A stretch of DNA of 64,000 nucleotides from an uncultured Clostridia bacterium (GTDB lineage: Bacteria > Bacillota > Clostridia > Tissierellales > Sedimentibacteraceae): assembly GCA_964501385.1 (NCBI GenBank), contig CAZCTI010000001.1, forward strand, positions 9,159 through 73,158. Direction: 5' to 3'. The position numbers were made by a program, and so were the translations under genes. The notes under the pieces are model-generated. The model was not told the DNA's origin. It made no database searches and was given only the letters and a program-made list of their open reading frames with translations. Below are positions 1 through 11,053 of the stretch, piece after piece (the stretch's first letter is position 1; every line of letters starts with the position of its first letter).

Positions 1-596
1 TGCTTACGGGAGAAAATTTATTCACTGCAACATTTACTAACAAAAGTATTGACAAAAAGGTTGTTGCATTTGCAGCACCGTATCCGGGTAAAATAATTCC
101 TGTAAGCTTACCTGATTATGGTGGACAAATAGTATGTCAAAGAGACGCATATTTATGTTCTGCAAAGGGGATTGAAATAACAATTGCATTCCAGAAAAAA
201 ATAGGTGCAGGTCTATTTGGTGGTGAAGGATTTATAATGCAAAGATTAGTAGGCGACGGCTTTGCTTTTCTTCATGCAGGCGGAACTATTATTAAAAAAG
301 ATTTAGCTCCGGGGGAAATGCTTAAATTAGACACCGGTTGTTTGGTAGCTTTTACCCAGGGAGTTGATTATGATGTCCAGATGGCAGGCAATGTAAAAAG
401 TGCATTGTTTGGTGGCGAAGGATTGTTCCTTGCAACTTTAAGAGGTCCCGGTACCGTATGGATGCAGTCATTGCCATTTAGCAGAATAGCTGACAGAATT
501 TATTCGGCAAGCAGAAAAAGCGGTGGCAGCGGCTCCAAAGGAGAAGCAAGTTTGCTCGGAAATATTGGAATAGGAAATTTATTTGGCGGTGATTAA
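1..596 (+). CDS. TIGR00266/AIM24-family protein, 5'-truncated by the window edge
   Basis: Frame is open from nt 3 (LTGENLF...FAAPYPGKI...CQRDAYLC...[11 protein letters not shown]...[24 protein letters not shown]), the typical AIM24 repeat motifs. Confidence 0.9.
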   Translation, partial: LTGENLFTATFTNKSIDKKVVAFAAPYPGKIIPVSLPDYGGQIVCQRDAYLCSAKGIEITIAFQKKIGAGLFGGEGFIMQRLVGDGFAFLHAGGTIIKKDLAPGEMLKLDTGCLVAFTQGVDYDVQMAGNVKSALFGGEGLFLATLRGPGTVWMQSLPFSRIADRIYSASRKSGGSGSKGEASLLGNIGIGNLFGGD

Positions 597-607
597 TACA
601 AATTATT

Positions 608-638
608 AGAGGTGCTCAGTCGGCACCTCTTCCTTTTT
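608..638. terminator. Intrinsic terminator hairpin
   Basis: agaggtgc-tcagtcg-gcacctct followed by a T-run after the AIM24 stop. Confidence 0.75.
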
Positions 639-688
639 AATTGCTATAATTGTGTAAGCGAACCACGAAAACGAATATGTTCTGCTTT

Positions 689-790
689 GTCATCCTGAGT
701 GATAGCGAAGGATCTCAGGTTTTAAAGATTATTATTATACGGTAACATTCCTCTTACCCTAAAGACCATTCTTATAATAGAGGATTATTC
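689..790. repeat. Composite palindromic repeat: family A half plus degenerate family B
   Basis: gtcatcctgagtgatagcgaaggatctcaggtttt is nearly the reverse complement of 28241-28275; 741-790 acattcctcttacc...tagagg matches 28181-28232. Confidence 0.85.
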
Positions 791-1688
791 ACAGCAATGA
801 TTTCTCTTTATATAAACTGCATACAGCCTTGGTGGTTGAAATATCCTCTTCAATTATATCAAAAGAGTTCAATCTTTTTTGTATTTCATTCATATATACA
901 GAAAGTACAGAGAAGCTGTTGTGAAAAATTCCACCTTTCAAGCCAATTTTAGCGGGACCTCTGAAATCCTTCTTTTTGTATGCTACTTCTGTAATCTCGG
1001 CAAGATACTTGCCTGCATTTTCTAAAAGCATTATAGCATAAGGTTCTCCTTCTTTGGCATAATCAACTATTATGGGAAAAAGAGCCGCGATTTTGTTTTT
1101 TTCATTATTATAAATAAAACTCATAATATCAGAGCGTGTTAAACCACCGATTATTTCAATAATAGCTTTGCTTAAGTTATCAAATGGAAGATTTCTGTCA
1201 AACTTATAAACAATATTTTTAAAAACTTGCATAACCGTATGATAACCGCTTCCTTCATCACCTAAAATATGGCCCCATCCTCCAACCATTTCTCCCTTTC
1301 TGTCTTTTTGAGCAAAGCAGGAGGAGCCTGTCCCTGAAATGACTAAAATACCGTCCTTATTTCCGAAATATGCTTTGCATGCCATTTCGGCATCATTCAA
1401 AATAATTGTATTTATTACAAAAGCACCTTCAACATATTTTTTTATAAGTTCTGCATAGTTTCCTGTTTCAACACTCGCCATTCCAATAGCAATAAGCTGA
1501 CAATTTTCTCTGCCTAATTCATTTGTGCAGTCATAAATTAAGGATATTATGTTATTAACGGTTTTTTCTAAATTAACAGCGGGATTTCCAAACCCTCCTA
1601 TTCTGTAGAAAATAGGCTTATCATTAAGATCATAAGCAATAAGTTCTGACTTAGTGCCTCCTGCATCAATCCCTATTAAATATTTCAT
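789..1688 (-). CDS. BadF/BadG/BcrA/BcrD-type sugar kinase (GlcNAc/MurNAc kinase-like)
   Basis: IGIDAGGTKS, NDA, ISGTGS, GGWGHILGDEGSG motifs; ATG at 1688 after a GGTGG-type RBS. Confidence 0.85.
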   Translation of the reverse strand: MKYLIGIDAGGTKSELIAYDLNDKPIFYRIGGFGNPAVNLEKTVNNIISLIYDCTNELGRENCQLIAIGMASVETGNYAELIKKYVEGAFVINTIILNDAEMACKAYFGNKDGILVISGTGSSCFAQKDRKGEMVGGWGHILGDEGSGYHTVMQVFKNIVYKFDRNLPFDNLSKAIIEIIGGLTRSDIMSFIYNNEKNKIAALFPIIVDYAKEGEPYAIMLLENAGKYLAEITEVAYKKKDFRGPAKIGLKGGIFHNSFSVLSVYMNEIQKRLNSFDIIEEDISTTKAVCSLYKEKSLL

Positions 1689-1804
1689 AAGCTCACCACC
1701 CAATTATAGTATAGCAAACAATTTCCCATTTTTCTACAATTATTGTTTATAAAATAAAAAAAATGCTACACTTTAATAAAAGTGCAGCACCTTATTGTAA
1801 TTCT

Positions 1805-1993
1805 TTATTCAACATGAATTGCATCTGTAGGGCAGCCTTCTTCAGCTTCCTTAGTACAATCCTCAAACTCTGCCGGTATGGGGTCAACTAATACTACTGA
1901 AATACTTTCATCATCCAATTCAAAAACATCAGGACAAACTGATTCGCACAATCCACAGCTTATGCATGCGTCTCTGTCAACTTCAGCTCTCAC
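1805..1993 (-). CDS. Monocluster 4Fe-4S ferredoxin
   Basis: CISCGLCESVCP...CP, acidic, 62 aa; GAGG RBS, GTG start. Confidence 0.92.
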   Translation of the reverse strand: MRAEVDRDACISCGLCESVCPDVFELDDESISVVLVDPIPAEFEDCTKEAEEGCPTDAIHVE

Positions 1994-2028
1994 ATCTTTC
2001 CTCCTATACTCTTATTTCTACAATCTAC

Positions 2029-2214
2029 CTACTCTAATTCTTTGTGGTGGATTGCATTAATAATTATTTGTTTTGCTTTTTTATTGCCATATTTAGCTTT
2101 TCCTTGAATTTCAGGAACGGGTGGAACATCATTTTTTTTAAAATGCTGCTTCTTGTTACTTTCAGTTCCATGGGGTTCTCTTGGATCCGGTCTTCTCATT
2201 CCCGCTTTTGCCAT
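2029..2214 (-). CDS. Small basic hypothetical protein, probably forespore-expressed
   Basis: GAGGTG RBS before ATG 2214 (MAKAGMRRPDP...); sigma-G/F-like promoter at 2232-2260. Confidence 0.65.
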   Translation of the reverse strand: MAKAGMRRPDPREPHGTESNKKQHFKKNDVPPVPEIQGKAKYGNKKAKQIIINAIHHKELE

Positions 2215-2311
2215 AAAAATCACCTCTGATATATTGTTAAATAATTTGATGAATTTATTCATTGATGAAGTTAATTAAAAATCAAGTGAAAGAAAAAGAC
2301 CTATAATTTTT

Positions 2312-3511
2312 TTAAACTAATTTATCTAATGCTTGTTTTAAATCATCTATTATATCATCAGGATGCTCAAGACCGATTGAAAGTCTTACAAGTCCTTCGG
2401 AAATTCCGCTTAAAGCTCTTTCTTCGGGTGTATAAGGTGAATGAGTCATGGAAGCCGGGTGTTGAATTAATGTCTCAGTATCACCAAGACTTACTGCCAA
2501 GGAGCAAAGCTCTAATGTATTCATCAGTTGTCTCCCTGCTTCAAGTCCCCCCTTAACTTCAAAAGCAATCATTGCTCCCGGAAGTTCCATTTGTTTTTTA
2601 GCAAGTTCATATTGAGGAAAACTCTTAAGTCCCGGATAACCAATCCATTCTATGGCAGGATGTGATTCAAGGAATTCTGCAACCTTTTGTGCATTAAAGC
2701 AATGCTTTTCCATTCTTATTTCTAATGTTTTCATTCCTCTGTTAATCAAATATGCATCAAAGGGGCTTAATACAGAGCCTGTCATATCCTTAATTCCCAC
2801 TAATCTCACCTGGTCAATTATAGCTTTTTTTCCTGCTGCAAATCCTGCAATTACATCTCCGTGACCGTTTAAATACTTAGTTGCAGAATGAACTACCACA
2901 TCTGCCCCTAAATCAAGAGGTCTTTGTATATAAGGTGTGCAATATGTGTTATCCACCATAACAATACAATCTTTGTTTTCATGTGCAATTTTTGAAACTT
3001 CTTCAATATCCGTCAAAAGCATATTTGGATTTGCCGGGCTTTCCAAATAAACAATTTTAGTATTAGGTTTCATTGCATTTCTTACATTCTCAGGGTTAGA
3101 AGTATCAACAAATTCAACGTCAATACCAAACTTAGTCAATCCATGATTCATATAAGCAAATGTACATCCATACAATGTTTTAGCTGCTATAATGTGGTCT
3201 CCTGCACTTACCATAGCCCATATTACTGAAGTAATAGCACCCATTCCCGAAGCCATTGAAACTGCAGCTTCAGCATTTTCAAGTGATGCTAACTTGTCTT
3301 CAACTTGAGTACAAGTTGGATTCCCAAGCCTTGTGTATATATAACCTTCTTCTTCTAATGCAAATCTTCTCCCACCTTGTTCTGCTGAATCAAACACAAA
3401 AGTTGAGGTTTGATAAATTGGAGTTGCTAATGCTCCATATTCATTAGATTTATAACCTGCATGTACAGCTCTTGTTGAAAAATTCATTTTGCTTAACTTT
3501 TCCTTATCCAT
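2312..3511 (-). CDS. megL: Methionine gamma-lyase
   Basis: [27 protein letters not shown]-lysine motif, AVSLGD. Confidence 0.95.
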   Translation of the reverse strand: MDKEKLSKMNFSTRAVHAGYKSNEYGALATPIYQTSTFVFDSAEQGGRRFALEEEGYIYTRLGNPTCTQVEDKLASLENAEAAVSMASGMGAITSVIWAMVSAGDHIIAAKTLYGCTFAYMNHGLTKFGIDVEFVDTSNPENVRNAMKPNTKIVYLESPANPNMLLTDIEEVSKIAHENKDCIVMVDNTYCTPYIQRPLDLGADVVVHSATKYLNGHGDVIAGFAAGKKAIIDQVRLVGIKDMTGSVLSPFDAYLINRGMKTLEIRMEKHCFNAQKVAEFLESHPAIEWIGYPGLKSFPQYELAKKQMELPGAMIAFEVKGGLEAGRQLMNTLELCSLAVSLGDTETLIQHPASMTHSPYTPEERALSGISEGLVRLSIGLEHPDDIIDDLKQALDKLV

Positions 3512-3739
3512 AATTCCTCCTTATATAATAATGGTGCTTTAAGCAAACGTTACCTATTTGTATTGTATACCACTTTCAAACTTTTATCAATACATTTTTG
3601 TTGAACAACGGACGTATCAAAAATGTATCACATTATCCTATAGGACACTGTGTACGTACACAAACTGTCCCACTTTCTTCTTGTGTTTTATAAAATTAAT
3701 AATATAATAGAGTTACTTGAATTTACAGGAGACATATAA

Positions 3740-5089
3740 ATGGACTTTATAATTGCAATTATAATTTTTACCTTATCTTTAATATTTAGCATTATTAAAA
3801 AAATTCCCACTATTATTCCCTTGCTTATAGGAATGTTTTCTTTTTCTATAACGGCTTTACATAGAGGCTTTGAATTGAAAAATATAGTAAAAATGTTATT
3901 AAACGGCATGAAAAAATCATTTTCTTTAATGCCAATATTTGCATTAATAGGAACGATTACTGCATTATGGCGAGCCAGCGGTACCATTTCGTTCTTTGTT
4001 TATTACGGTATAAATATAATGAATCCTGATTACTTCATTTTATTTGCATTTTTATTGACTTGCTTTGTTTCTTTTGCTCTTGGTACAAGCTTCGGAACTG
4101 TAGGAACAATAGGAATTGTTTTAATTGTTTTGGCTAAAAGTGGAGGAGTTAACATTTATATTGCAGCAGGTGCTATTATTTCCGGTGCCTTTTTCGGAGA
4201 CAGGTGTTCGCCTGTATCCTCCAGTGCAAATTTAGTATCAATAGTTACAGAAACTGATTTATATGACAATGTAAAAAGAATGCTCATTACAGGTGCATTA
4301 CCCTTTATAATTACTGTAGTTGTTTATTTATTTTTGTCAAAAGGAAATCCAATTAATGTTACAAATAATATATTAACAGAAGAATTCTCCTTTTACTTTA
4401 ATCTTCACATAGCAACAATTCTTCCGGCTTTAATAATATTCTTGTTGGCTGCCTTAAGGAAAAGCGTAAAAATTTCAATGTTCTGCAGCATAATTACTGC
4501 CATTTTTGTTTGCTATTATTTTCAGAACTTAACAATGCAAGAAATTTTTAAATCAATGTTATATGGATATAAATTAAAGGCTGACACTGAACTTTCAGAA
4601 ATTATTTCCGGAGGTGGCTTAATGTCAATGGTTTCTGTTTCATTTGTAGTATTGATAGCATCTTCTTATTCGGGTTTATTTGAAGGAACTGATATGCTTA
4701 AAAATATTCAGGGATTCTTAATTAAATTGAGTAAAAAAGTAGGAGTTTATATTACAACAGTTTTTACAAGTGTTGTTACTTGTGCTTTTTGTTGCAACCA
4801 AACACTTCCCATTTTGCTTACTTATAACCTTATGAGAAATATTTACAAAGAAAAAGGACTTTCCAAAAGCCATTTAGCTATTGATATTGAAAATACAACA
4901 GTTCTAATTGCCGAGCTTTTCCCGTGGAGTGTTGCAATAGCAGTACCCCTTGCAACTATAGGTGTTGGCCCAAAAGCAATACCCTATGCAGTATTTTTAT
5001 ACTTAGTTCCCTTACTTGCACCCTTTGGGAGAAACTTCGTAATAAAGCGAGACAGCCAGTGTGAAGTGCACCCTAAAAGTTATACATAA
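3740..5089 (+). CDS. NhaC-family transporter (probable amino acid/methionine uptake)
   Basis: Highly hydrophobic; LGTSFGT and GAFFGDRCSPVS NhaC motifs; divergent from megL. Confidence 0.85.
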   Translation: MDFIIAIIIFTLSLIFSIIKKIPTIIPLLIGMFSFSITALHRGFELKNIVKMLLNGMKKSFSLMPIFALIGTITALWRASGTISFFVYYGINIMNPDYFILFAFLLTCFVSFALGTSFGTVGTIGIVLIVLAKSGGVNIYIAAGAIISGAFFGDRCSPVSSSANLVSIVTETDLYDNVKRMLITGALPFIITVVVYLFLSKGNPINVTNNILTEEFSFYFNLHIATILPALIIFLLAALRKSVKISMFCSIITAIFVCYYFQNLTMQEIFKSMLYGYKLKADTELSEIISGGGLMSMVSVSFVVLIASSYSGLFEGTDMLKNIQGFLIKLSKKVGVYITTVFTSVVTCAFCCNQTLPILLTYNLMRNIYKEKGLSKSHLAIDIENTTVLIAELFPWSVAIAVPLATIGVGPKAIPYAVFLYLVPLLAPFGRNFVIKRDSQCEVHPKSYT

Positions 5090-5114
5090 AAATCTAACCT
5101 TTTAAGGTGCACTT
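5062..5114. mobile_element. Miniature IS3-family-like element (only two terminal inverted repeats)
   Basis: tgaagtgcaccctaaaagttatac ... tctaaccttttaaggtgcactt; resembles TGAA.TGCACCCCAAAAGTTAGAC-type IS3 ends of Firmicutes. Confidence 0.6.
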
Positions 5115-5153
5115 TTGATAGTAAATTCAATATAGGTGTTTAGAAAAAAGTTG

Positions 5154-6425
5154 TTAGAATTTTTTGATTTGAAAATTGTCGGCAAGCAGTGGTAAGTTTT
5201 GAGGGAATTCATATCCTAATCCCCAGTAGCTTATTCCTCTTAAGCCGTATTCTTTTACAGTATCAAATTTTGCTTGTGCACTTCTTGCATCCTCAAACCA
5301 AACTATATGAGCATTTCCTTCTGCATCCGTGTAATTAAAATATGGTGATTGACTTACATAATCGTACTTGATTTCTGACAAATGCTCATAAGCTATGTTC
5401 ATAGCCTGCTGCATACTTAGTGTAGCAGCTTCCTGTCCTTTCTGAAAAGGTAATTGCCAATCTCTTGCATAAATTTGAAATCCCATTAATATTTTGTCTC
5501 TTGGAATAACCGTTACTGCATAATCCAACACTTTTTCTATTTCGTTTATGGGAGATATAGCTCTTGGCTGTCCTCCCCTCCAGCCCCATTCATAAGTCAT
5601 AAGTACAACAAAATCTGCTAACCTTCCATGAGCAGGGTAATCATGAGCCTCATACAAAAGTCCCACTTGCTCTGCACTTAATTTTGGAGCTAAAGATGTA
5701 GAAACAAAAAATCCTTCATTATGTAATCTTTTTACGGTGTTTTCCAAAAACATGTTATAAGCTTCTCTGTCTTCAGGTAAAACATATTCAAAATCAATAT
5801 TCAGTCCTTGATACCCCTTATCCTTCATTGTATTGATAATATTTTCCTGCAATGTATTGATGATATCAGGATTATTTAAAACAATATGTGCAATGTTTTC
5901 ACCAGCTACATTAACAGTAAAGTTAACTATTGCCATCATAGGTACAACACCTTTTGCATAAGCTTCTGCTATTGCAGCCTCATCATCAATATTTAACAAG
6001 CTTCCGTCTTCATTAATCAAATATGCAAATGGACTTAAGTATGTCAAATAATCCCCTGCACCTCTAACTACAGGAATAGCATCTTTACCAAGAAAATAAG
6101 TAAATGCATTTACTTCTATTTCAGGCTTAGGTTTTTGTGGTATTGTAAGTATATAACCCGGATAAATTAAGTCAGGATTTAATATTTTATTTTCCCACAA
6201 TAAATCTTGAATATTAACTCCGAAATTTTGAGCTATTTGCCAGATTGTATCCCCTTGCTTGACAGTATAAGTATTGTCGTTGGCAGGTATTAAAAGTGCT
6301 TGACCGGGCAGCAACACATCCGGATTAATCAAGCCGTTGAGATTCACAATATCTTCAATGCTAACATTATAATAATCTGCAATTCTCCACAATACTTCTC
6401 CTCTTTGAACTACATGAATGTGCAT
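5154..6425 (-). CDS. LysM x2 + GH18 spore cortex hydrolase (YaaH/SleL/YdhD family)
   Basis: Two LysM domains, NIDFE catalytic motif, MTYEWG; sigma-E-like promoter at about 6453-6482. Confidence 0.92.
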   Translation of the reverse strand: MHIHVVQRGEVLWRIADYYNVSIEDIVNLNGLINPDVLLPGQALLIPANDNTYTVKQGDTIWQIAQNFGVNIQDLLWENKILNPDLIYPGYILTIPQKPKPEIEVNAFTYFLGKDAIPVVRGAGDYLTYLSPFAYLINEDGSLLNIDDEAAIAEAYAKGVVPMMAIVNFTVNVAGENIAHIVLNNPDIINTLQENIINTMKDKGYQGLNIDFEYVLPEDREAYNMFLENTVKRLHNEGFFVSTSLAPKLSAEQVGLLYEAHDYPAHGRLADFVVLMTYEWGWRGGQPRAISPINEIEKVLDYAVTVIPRDKILMGFQIYARDWQLPFQKGQEAATLSMQQAMNIAYEHLSEIKYDYVSQSPYFNYTDAEGNAHIVWFEDARSAQAKFDTVKEYGLRGISYWGLGYEFPQNLPLLADNFQIKKF

Positions 6426-6516
6426 GACATTCCTCCTTTTATCCGTTTGTTATAATATATTCAGTTGTACTAGCATAATGATAAAAAGTTCGTGAACTGT
6501 GTCAATTCGGACATAA

Positions 6517-6548
6517 AAAAAGTTGCCAGAGTACATTTCTCTGGCAGC
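6517..6548 (-). terminator. Terminator of the pur operon
   Basis: tgccagag-tacattt-ctctggca hairpin with a T-run on the minus strand. Confidence 0.75.
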
Positions 6549-6576
6549 ATTTAAATTACTTAGAATACCCATTGTC

Positions 6577-7827
6577 TCACTTGGCAATATCTGTCCTATA
6601 TTGCATTTTTTCAAAATGAATTTTTGGAATATTTTTGTATACTTTATTTTTAGCTTCTTCTATGTCACTTCCCATGGCAGTTACTGCTAAAACTCTTCCT
6701 CCGTCGGTAATTGTTTTAACTCCTGATAGTTTTGTTCCTCCATGGAAAATTATAATATTTTCATCAACTTCATTTAATCCTGTAATTTGTTTGCCCTTTT
6801 CATAGCTTTCAGGATAACCCCCTGAAGCCAAAACAACGGTTACACATTGTTCATCTTTCCACTGCAAATCTTCTTCAGATAAATTACCTTCTATACATTT
6901 AAGCATTATTTCAACCAAATCTGATTTGAGCCTTGGGAGAACTACTTCTGTTTCTGGATCACCAAAACGTGTGTTGTATTCCAATACTTTTGCCTGATTG
7001 TTTTCAATCATGAGGCCTATAAACAATACACCTTTAAAATCAATATTTTCACCTATAAATCCATTCAAAGTAGTGTCCAAAATATTCTCTTTAATATATT
7101 TTTTTAATTCTTCAGTATATATGGGATTTGGTGAAAAACAGCCCATACCTCCGGTATTAAGCCCTTGGTCGTCATCATATGCTTTTTTATAATCCCTTGC
7201 ACTTTCCATAGGAATTATATTTTTACCGTCAACAAAACAAAGAAGAGAAGCCTCGGTGCCTTTCAGAAATTCTTCTATAACAACTGTATTGCCTGCATCG
7301 CCAAATTGTTTATTATCCATAATACTTTTAATTGCTTCTTTAGCATCACTTATGGTTTCACATATTAAAACACCCTTGCCTGCTGCTAAACCGTCAGCCT
7401 TAACAACAATTGGAGTTTTAAATTTATAAAGGTCGTTAATTGCTTTTTTTGAATCTGTATATACTTCATATTGTGCAGAAGGTATAAAATATTTTTTCAT
7501 AAAATCTTTTGAATAAGATTTACTTCCTTCAAATTTAGCTCCATCCATAGTTGGTCCAAATGCTTTTATATTCTTTTCATTAAGTAAATCAACCAAACCT
7601 AAAACCAATGGTACTTCAGGTCCTACAACAACCAAGTCAATATTGTTATTAACAGAGTATTCAACTATCCTATCAAGGTCATCAGCTTTAATATCAACGC
7701 ACTGTGCTATTTTTGATATACCGGCATTTCCTGGAGCACAGTATAATTTTGGCTGTTTAACGCTTTGTTTCAATTTCCAGCAAATTGCATGCTCTCTTGC
7801 TCCGCTTCCTACTACAAGAATTTTCAT
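6577..7827 (-). CDS. purD: Phosphoribosylamine-glycine ligase
   Basis: GSGAREHA, KADGLAAGKGV, NTGGMG, EYNTRFGDPETE. Confidence 0.97.
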   Translation of the reverse strand: MKILVVGSGAREHAICWKLKQSVKQPKLYCAPGNAGISKIAQCVDIKADDLDRIVEYSVNNNIDLVVVGPEVPLVLGLVDLLNEKNIKAFGPTMDGAKFEGSKSYSKDFMKKYFIPSAQYEVYTDSKKAINDLYKFKTPIVVKADGLAAGKGVLICETISDAKEAIKSIMDNKQFGDAGNTVVIEEFLKGTEASLLCFVDGKNIIPMESARDYKKAYDDDQGLNTGGMGCFSPNPIYTEELKKYIKENILDTTLNGFIGENIDFKGVLFIGLMIENNQAKVLEYNTRFGDPETEVVLPRLKSDLVEIMLKCIEGNLSEEDLQWKDEQCVTVVLASGGYPESYEKGKQITGLNEVDENIIIFHGGTKLSGVKTITDGGRVLAVTAMGSDIEEAKNKVYKNIPKIHFEKMQYRTDIAK

Positions 7828-7840
7828 ATGCAACCTCCTT

Positions 7841-9394
7841 CTAATGTTTAAAATGTCTCATACCGGTAAAAACCATGCATATATTGTGTTTGTTGCACTC
7901 TTCTATAGAATCATCGTCCTTAATAGACCCTCCCGGCTGAATAATTGCAGTTATTCCTGCTTTGGCTGCTTCTTCCACACAATCAGGGAACGGGAAAAAT
8001 GCATCCGATGCAAGAGCAGCACCTTTTGTGCTCTCCAAGCCAAGGAAATCATAAGCATGTTCAATTGCTTGTTTGCATGCCCAAATACGATTTACTTGCC
8101 CTGGTCCTATTCCCACTGATTGGCCATTTTTAACAATTGTGATTGCATTGGACTTTGTATGCTTTACAATTTTCCATGCCATTAATAAGTCCTTCATTTC
8201 CTGTTCAGTAGGAGTTGAAGCAGTTACTGTCTTAAGCTCAGCTTCCGGAAACAATTTAGAATCAATTGTTTGAACTAAAATTCCACCTGCAATCTTTTTA
8301 ATATCATAAGCATTTTCATCTTGTTTTTGAGAAATATTTTTTATTTGTAAAAGTCTTATATTTTTCTTTGATTTAAGTATTTCAAGTGCTCTATCTTCAT
8401 AGGAAGGTGCTACAATTATTTCAACAAAGATTTTATTGATTTCTTCAGCTGTTTTTTCATCAATTCTTTTGTTAAATACAACAATACCTCCAAAAATTGA
8501 AGTTGGGTCCGCTTTGAAAGCTTTCAAATATGCATCATAAATATTGTCTGCAATTCCCACTCCGCAAGGATTTGCATGCTTGCATGCAACAACAGCCGGC
8601 TCATCAAATTCCTTTAATAATTCAAGTGCCCCATTTGTGTCATTTATATTGTTAAAAGATAATTCCTTACCGTGTAATTGAACTGCTGATGCCAATAAAC
8701 CCTCTGAATTTTTCACTTCCTTGTAAAATGCTGCTTTTTGATGAGGATTTTCACCATAGCGCATTTCTTGTATTTTTTCATATGTCATTGTAAATGTTTC
8801 AGGCAAGGTGTAGTCTTTCATTTCATTCTTAATATAGGATGCAATCAATGTATCATAATGAGCAGTATGAGCAAAAACCTTGGAGCAAAGATATAATTTC
8901 GTATCTAAAGAAACTTCTTTTCCATCCTTTAATTCAAGTAGTACTCTATCATAATCATTAGGGTCAACTATAACAGCCACATCCTGATAGTTCTTTGCTG
9001 CAGAGCGAAGCATTGTAGGACCACCTATATCAATATTTTCAATAGCTTCTTCCCTGGATACACCGCTTCTTAAAATTGTTTGTTTAAAAGGATATAAATT
9101 TACAACGACTAAGTCAATAGTATCAATATTTAAGTCTGAAAGCTGTTTCATATGATAAGGATTTGAACGCATTGCCAAAATACCGGCATGAATATTGGGA
9201 TGCAGTGTTTTTACCCTTCCATCAAGACATTCAGGAAAATTTGTTACTTCAGAAATTCCAGTAACTTTTATTCCTGCTTCTTTTAATGTACTATGAGTAC
9301 CTCCTGTTGATATAATTTCAACTCCTAAATTAGCTAACTCTTTTGCAAATTCAACTATTCCTGTTTTGTCGGATACACTTATTAAAGCTCTCAT
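7841..9394 (-). CDS. purH: Bifunctional AICAR transformylase/IMP cyclohydrolase
   Basis: [39 protein letters not shown]. Confidence 0.97.
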   Translation of the reverse strand: MRALISVSDKTGIVEFAKELANLGVEIISTGGTHSTLKEAGIKVTGISEVTNFPECLDGRVKTLHPNIHAGILAMRSNPYHMKQLSDLNIDTIDLVVVNLYPFKQTILRSGVSREEAIENIDIGGPTMLRSAAKNYQDVAVIVDPNDYDRVLLELKDGKEVSLDTKLYLCSKVFAHTAHYDTLIASYIKNEMKDYTLPETFTMTYEKIQEMRYGENPHQKAAFYKEVKNSEGLLASAVQLHGKELSFNNINDTNGALELLKEFDEPAVVACKHANPCGVGIADNIYDAYLKAFKADPTSIFGGIVVFNKRIDEKTAEEINKIFVEIIVAPSYEDRALEILKSKKNIRLLQIKNISQKQDENAYDIKKIAGGILVQTIDSKLFPEAELKTVTASTPTEQEMKDLLMAWKIVKHTKSNAITIVKNGQSVGIGPGQVNRIWACKQAIEHAYDFLGLESTKGAALASDAFFPFPDCVEEAAKAGITAIIQPGGSIKDDDSIEECNKHNICMVFTGMRHFKH

Positions 9395-9398
9395 TGTT

Positions 9399-10025
9399 TC
9401 ACTCCTCTATTTTTACTTTTCTTCCTCTTATTTGTATTCTTCCTTCACAGTAATATTTAACAGCTAAAGGAAGAATTTTATGTTCTATTTCAAGAATTTT
9501 TTTCTGCAATGTATCAGCTGTGTCATCATTACTTATCTCTACTGCTTCCTGAATAATAATTGGTCCTGTGTCTGCTCCCTCATCCACAAAATGAACAGTA
9601 GCTCCGCTTATTTTCACACCGTAATCTATGGCTGCCTCATGAACTTTAGCTCCATAATATCCCTTTCCGCAAAATGAAGGTATTAAAGAGGGGTGAATAT
9701 TAATTATACGGTTATTGTACTTTTCAATAAATTTTTTGGATAAAATTTTAAGATACCCTGCCAAGACAATTAACTCAACATTGCGTGTTTCAAATTCTTC
9801 AATTATTGCATCGTTAAATTTTTCAAAGTTTTCATAATCTTTTTGGTTAACATAAACTGCGTCAATGTTATTTTGTCTTGCTCTTTCAAGTCCATAAGCA
9901 TCTTTTTTGTTTGATATAACTACTTTTATTTCTCCGCTAATATTTTTATTGTTAATACTATCGATTATTGACTGCAAGTTTGTGCCTGAACCGGAAATTA
10001 ATACACCAATTTTTACTTGTGGCAT
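9399..10025 (-). CDS. purN: Phosphoribosylglycinamide formyltransferase
   Basis: [22 protein letters not shown]. Confidence 0.97.
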   Translation of the reverse strand: MPQVKIGVLISGSGTNLQSIIDSINNKNISGEIKVVISNKKDAYGLERARQNNIDAVYVNQKDYENFEKFNDAIIEEFETRNVELIVLAGYLKILSKKFIEKYNNRIINIHPSLIPSFCGKGYYGAKVHEAAIDYGVKISGATVHFVDEGADTGPIIIQEAVEISNDDTADTLQKKILEIEHKILPLAVKYYCEGRIQIRGRKVKIEE

Positions 10026-11053
10026 ATTTTAAGCCCACCTTCCCTTTTTACCGTCTTACCAATAATTACAGGATTTTCTCCAACACTTTTTAAGTAATCC
10101 AAAACATCATCCGCAATATCTTTTCCCACAGCTGCTACAATTCCTATTCCCATGTTAAATGTTGAATACATTTCATCAATATCTATATTTCCTTCTCTTT
10201 GTATCAGATTAAATATAGGTAATACATTGATATTTGAAGCCTCAATATCTGCTGTAATTCCTTCCGGAAACATACGAGGTATATTTTCGTAGAAACCTCC
10301 ACCTGTCATATTTGATAAACCTTTAATTTCAAATTTTGATACAAGGTCTAATATAAGCTTTGGATATATTCTTGTGGGAGTTAATAATTCTTCTCCCAAG
10401 GTAGTGCCTAATTCCTCAACAAATTGGTTGATATCATAATTCTTATAATCAAAGAAAACTTTACGTACTAAGGAGTATCCGTTGCTGTGAATTCCGCTTG
10501 AAGGAATTCCAATTAAAATATCTCCATCTATAATTTTTGAGCCGTCTATTATATTTTTTTTATCAACTATACCGACACAAAATCCGGCTATATCATATTC
10601 TCCTTCTCCATAAAGACCGGGCATTTCTGCAGTTTCTCCGCCTATCAAAGCACAACCTGCCTTAATGCAACCTTCCGAAACACCTTTTACTATATTTGCT
10701 GCCTTTGTGGGTTGTAGTTTACCCGTTGCAATATAATCAAGAAAGAATAAAGGCTTTGCACCTTGACATATAACATCATTTACACACATGGCAACAGCAT
10801 CCTCACCAATTGTGTCATGCTTGTCAGCCATAAATGCAACCATAAGTTTTGTACCTACTCCATCAGTTCCTGAAACCAATACAGGCTCCTCATATTCATT
10901 CTTATCAATTGCAAACATACCTCCAAAGCCGCCAATATCTGACATTACACCCTTTGTATATGTCTTTTTAACATAGTCTTTTATAAGCTTTACAGTTTCG
11001 TAACCTGAATGAACATCTACACCTGAATCTTTATAAGTTAGTTTTTTATCCAT
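10013..11053 (-). CDS. purM: AIR synthase
   Basis: [26 protein letters not shown]. Confidence 0.97.
   Translation of the reverse strand: MDKKLTYKDSGVDVHSGYETVKLIKDYVKKTYTKGVMSDIGGFGGMFAIDKNEYEEPVLVSGTDGVGTKLMVAFMADKHDTIGEDAVAMCVNDVICQGAKPLFFLDYIATGKLQPTKAANIVKGVSEGCIKAGCALIGGETAEMPGLYGEGEYDIAGFCVGIVDKKNIIDGSKIIDGDILIGIPSSGIHSNGYSLVRKVFFDYKNYDINQFVEELGTTLGEELLTPTRIYPKLILDLVSKFEIKGLSNMTGGGFYENIPRMFPEGITADIEASNINVLPIFNLIQREGNIDIDEMYSTFNMGIGIVAAVGKDIADDVLDYLKSVGENPVIIGKTVKREGGLKICHK

Noticed and set aside
3512-3739. SAM riboswitch or sigma-54 promoter before megL
   Set aside because: No S-box core; the GG...GC candidate has N8 rather than N10 spacing
7643-8119. 158-aa plus-strand ORF, and the many similar antisense ORFs (e.g. 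40723-41232, 58091-58543)
   Set aside because: Shadows of well-supported minus-strand genes; no motifs or RBS
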